A DNA stretch of 46,452 nt from Phoronis australis. Lineage: Eukaryota; Animalia; Phoronida. A model generated the notes under the pieces. It had not been told where the DNA came from and made no database searches. It was given only the letters and a program-made list of their open reading frames with translations. Location of the stretch: contig NMRA01000820.1 in the NCBI GenBank assembly GCA_002633005.1, forward strand, positions 82,934-129,385. The letters are read 5' to 3'. A program made the translations under genes and the position numbers. Within the stretch, counting starts at the first letter, position 1, and every line of letters starts with the position of its first letter. Positions 43,791 to 46,452 of the stretch are shown here, piece by piece.

Positions 43791-46452
43791 CTAAGTTCTT
43801 CATTCCATTTCGTCAAGTGTTGCTCCTCATAGTGCTTTCATTGTATTCTAGAGAATTTCTTGCCTTAAAATGTCAACATTTAAAAATGTTCCGACTCGCA
43901 TTTTTTGGAATCCAGTGCGATTCTCACTTACTTTCGGCGCCGTGAACCGAAATGTCATAAAAGCACATAGCGTTGTACCACAACTGGTTCTGCTGTTATA
44001 TAGTAGTTGTGTTGACAGTGAGGCTCAATGTTTTATTAGTTTTACAAAATTGCAGCTGTCTCTACGAAACATCGTCAATATTGCCCGAGGAGGAAATGAT
44101 TGTATTTTGCGGACCAATGATGTTTGGCAAAAATTTGACAACAACGTATCCTTCCCAAATACCCAGTGAATGGTGTACCACGGTACACATACACGAAATG
44201 TGAGCCCAGCTGTAAGATATACCAATACCTTATTTTCGTAGTATTTATTTACAAATCTCGTGCAGCTGTTCATAAATGATAATGCAAACTAATTAGTATG
44301 AGAGTTTACGATAAAATGTAAATATAGATAGTACATATACATATATCAAATGAAATACTTAAAAGATTTTTAAATGATGCAATTAAAGTGCGCAAATTCA
44401 CTTAGCACAAAGGTTTTCCTTTTTAGACGTTATCACGCGTTTCCTGACTGTAGAGTGATGTTTTGATCTGCCACTTACAATTAGACCGTCTTCTGTCTAA
44501 AAGGGTCCTCCCCCGTGGACGTGCCGATTTCGTACACGGAAGGTAGCAGTCAGTCTCTTGACCATAAGACGATGTCCACAGTCCATCAACTTTGATTACC
44601 ACCAAGCATGTAGATGGTGCTACGGTAGTTTATCAACAAAAATTAACCACGCAAGGCCTGTTGACGCAACTGAGGAATGATCGAGATTCGCGACTTTCAG
44701 ATATTTGCCTGTGAGCATTTGTTACACCATCAGTGTATGACGCAATGTGCTCATAAACTTTGCATATAATTAAAATAAAAATTGTTTAAAATTCACCCTT
44801 CTGTTCGCATTTTTCGCGTAACTGCCGTTTTCTTGTAATTAGGAATCAAGTTCCCTAATCAAGCTCTTTCAGGTTTCATTAAACATTTGTCCATCTTTTC
44901 AAACTTTCTCGCACGTAATTTTCGTAATAGTAACGATGGGTCGTTGAGTACTTGTATCCCGGTTTGACGTGAATGACAAGGCCACTCGATATACTTCGAC
45001 AAGTGTAGGCCTATGACACTGTTTTCGCCGTGGGCGATAACCATGCAGGTGCTTCATTATACGAAAGCCACAAGTTTCCCATTTTCAGACGTCCGCCCTG
45101 TTTTGAAGAGCGAGAAGGATGTTGCGATTACATAACAACGGACAGTTGGGGTTTACGAGCTCTGTTACACACTGCAGACCAAGAGCGTCCAACGATCTTC
45201 TATTTGGCTGAGCATTCACGGTGTTTTGCTGACATTCGTTAGCCATCACTAATGTCACTCTACTGCGATGGTACAGAGATGTGCAATGCAAGTGTGTGCG
45301 TTATACTGTATTTTATGCTCATCAACCGTCACGTGGTTTCTAATCGTATACAGTACCTAATGATGGTTCACAGCGCGAGTTTAAAATGTCATCTGTGAAG
45401 GCCACTACGTCCTTTTCGCCCGGAACCAATTGTGTTTACTTGTAGTTGATAATTCGGCAAGTGAAATACCTTTACGTACCGGTGTCTAATATAACGCTCT
45501 GTATCTGGATATTCCGAACTCGGATACCCGGTATCTCGCGTGTATTTGTACACCGGCGTTACTTCCGTTCCGTTCTTATCCTCGACATAGGTGCCACAAA
45601 CACAAGGAGATGGAGTAGGTGCAGTTGGCACAAGCACAACATAGAGTTACCCTCTCTACCTCGATTACACAGTACTGTACCCCTTCAGAGTCCTTCGAGC
45701 GATATAACCAGTGTAGGAAAGCTGGGTAGCTTCTCCTTCGGTAGTTCAGCTCGCTCCGAAGCTTTTGCCAACAATGTTAGCATGTCTAACTGGTAATACA
45801 AAGGAAGTAAGCAGTCATGACCAACATTCAGGTCTGCCATTACTAGGATGTGGAGGAACACTGTCCATCATGATCATCACTTGCAAACCTGCGCACAGAG
45901 GAAGGCATCATCCCAGTAACGACCACGTCGGCTGACCAGAGCGATCACCAAACACCTCTTGCCTGGTTGATGGTCGGAGGTGTTGTGAGGTGTGCTGCTA
46001 AAAACAAATTGAAAGAACAAAGCGATGACGTAATGCGCTCTCGGCAAAGGCGACGAAACAATCGATGACGCTAAGCATGGTCTGCGTCATGAAGTTTTAT
46101 AAATTTTAAATTTTTCAGTATGCTATATATAAATCGGTAAATAAAACAACAAGAATGGATCAACTGAAATTTGAAATTTTCGGATGTAACAACTTCCTTT
46201 ATCAACAAAAACAGAAATAAAGTAAAATCAAACACAAAATGACAATTGACATATAAGATATGGTGTAATGAAAATGATACATTTTTGCGTAAAAAAATTC
46301 AATGACATATTTTAAGAAGTTTTTATGTTCAGTCCATGAGGTTCTATTGTATTCAGTTTGTCTATCCAATATTGTTCTCTTTTAAGTCTGTGAGGGGTAC
46401 TGGGGTGTTGGAGTTTTTCTATTATTTGTACAGAAAGATCTTGAATATTATG

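Noticed and set aside
45389-45997. Selenoprotein-type TGA readthrough in the minus-strand frame
   Set aside because: The same frame also contains TAA and TAG stops, and no SECIS-like element was recognised.

Overview
Animal (most likely marine invertebrate) genomic DNA with spliceosomal GT-AG introns; it is not prokaryotic. Two lipid-metabolism genes are arranged head-to-head about 13.4 kb apart. On the minus strand are the first five coding exons (2828->361, 225 codons) of a secreted apolipophorin/apoB-like large lipid transfer protein that runs off the left edge, with a TATA box and an HNF4-type site upstream. On the plus strand is a complete cytosolic HMG-CoA synthase gene (HMGCS1; 8 coding exons 22983-39249, 501 aa by my splicing) with a probable non-coding first exon near 16.3 kb preceded by a CCAAT/SRE-like/SRE-like/CCAAT module. 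One HMGCS1 exon appears twice inside a 1060-bp tandem duplicate joined by a single N, most likely two uncollapsed alleles. The rest is intron and intergenic DNA with non-autonomous elements: hAT- and Harbinger-like MITE pairs, a long-TIR Mutator/Foldback-like element, a ~600-bp palindrome centred on TGACGTCA, a Helentron/HINE-like element carrying eight phased CTCF-like motifs, and an RTE-like structured 5' UTR fragment. There is also a possibly decayed coding region at 43.4-46 kb. I found no convincing wholly new system. The best leads are the CTCF-motif array, the vertebrate-like lipid regulatory motifs and the structured RTE-like fragment.
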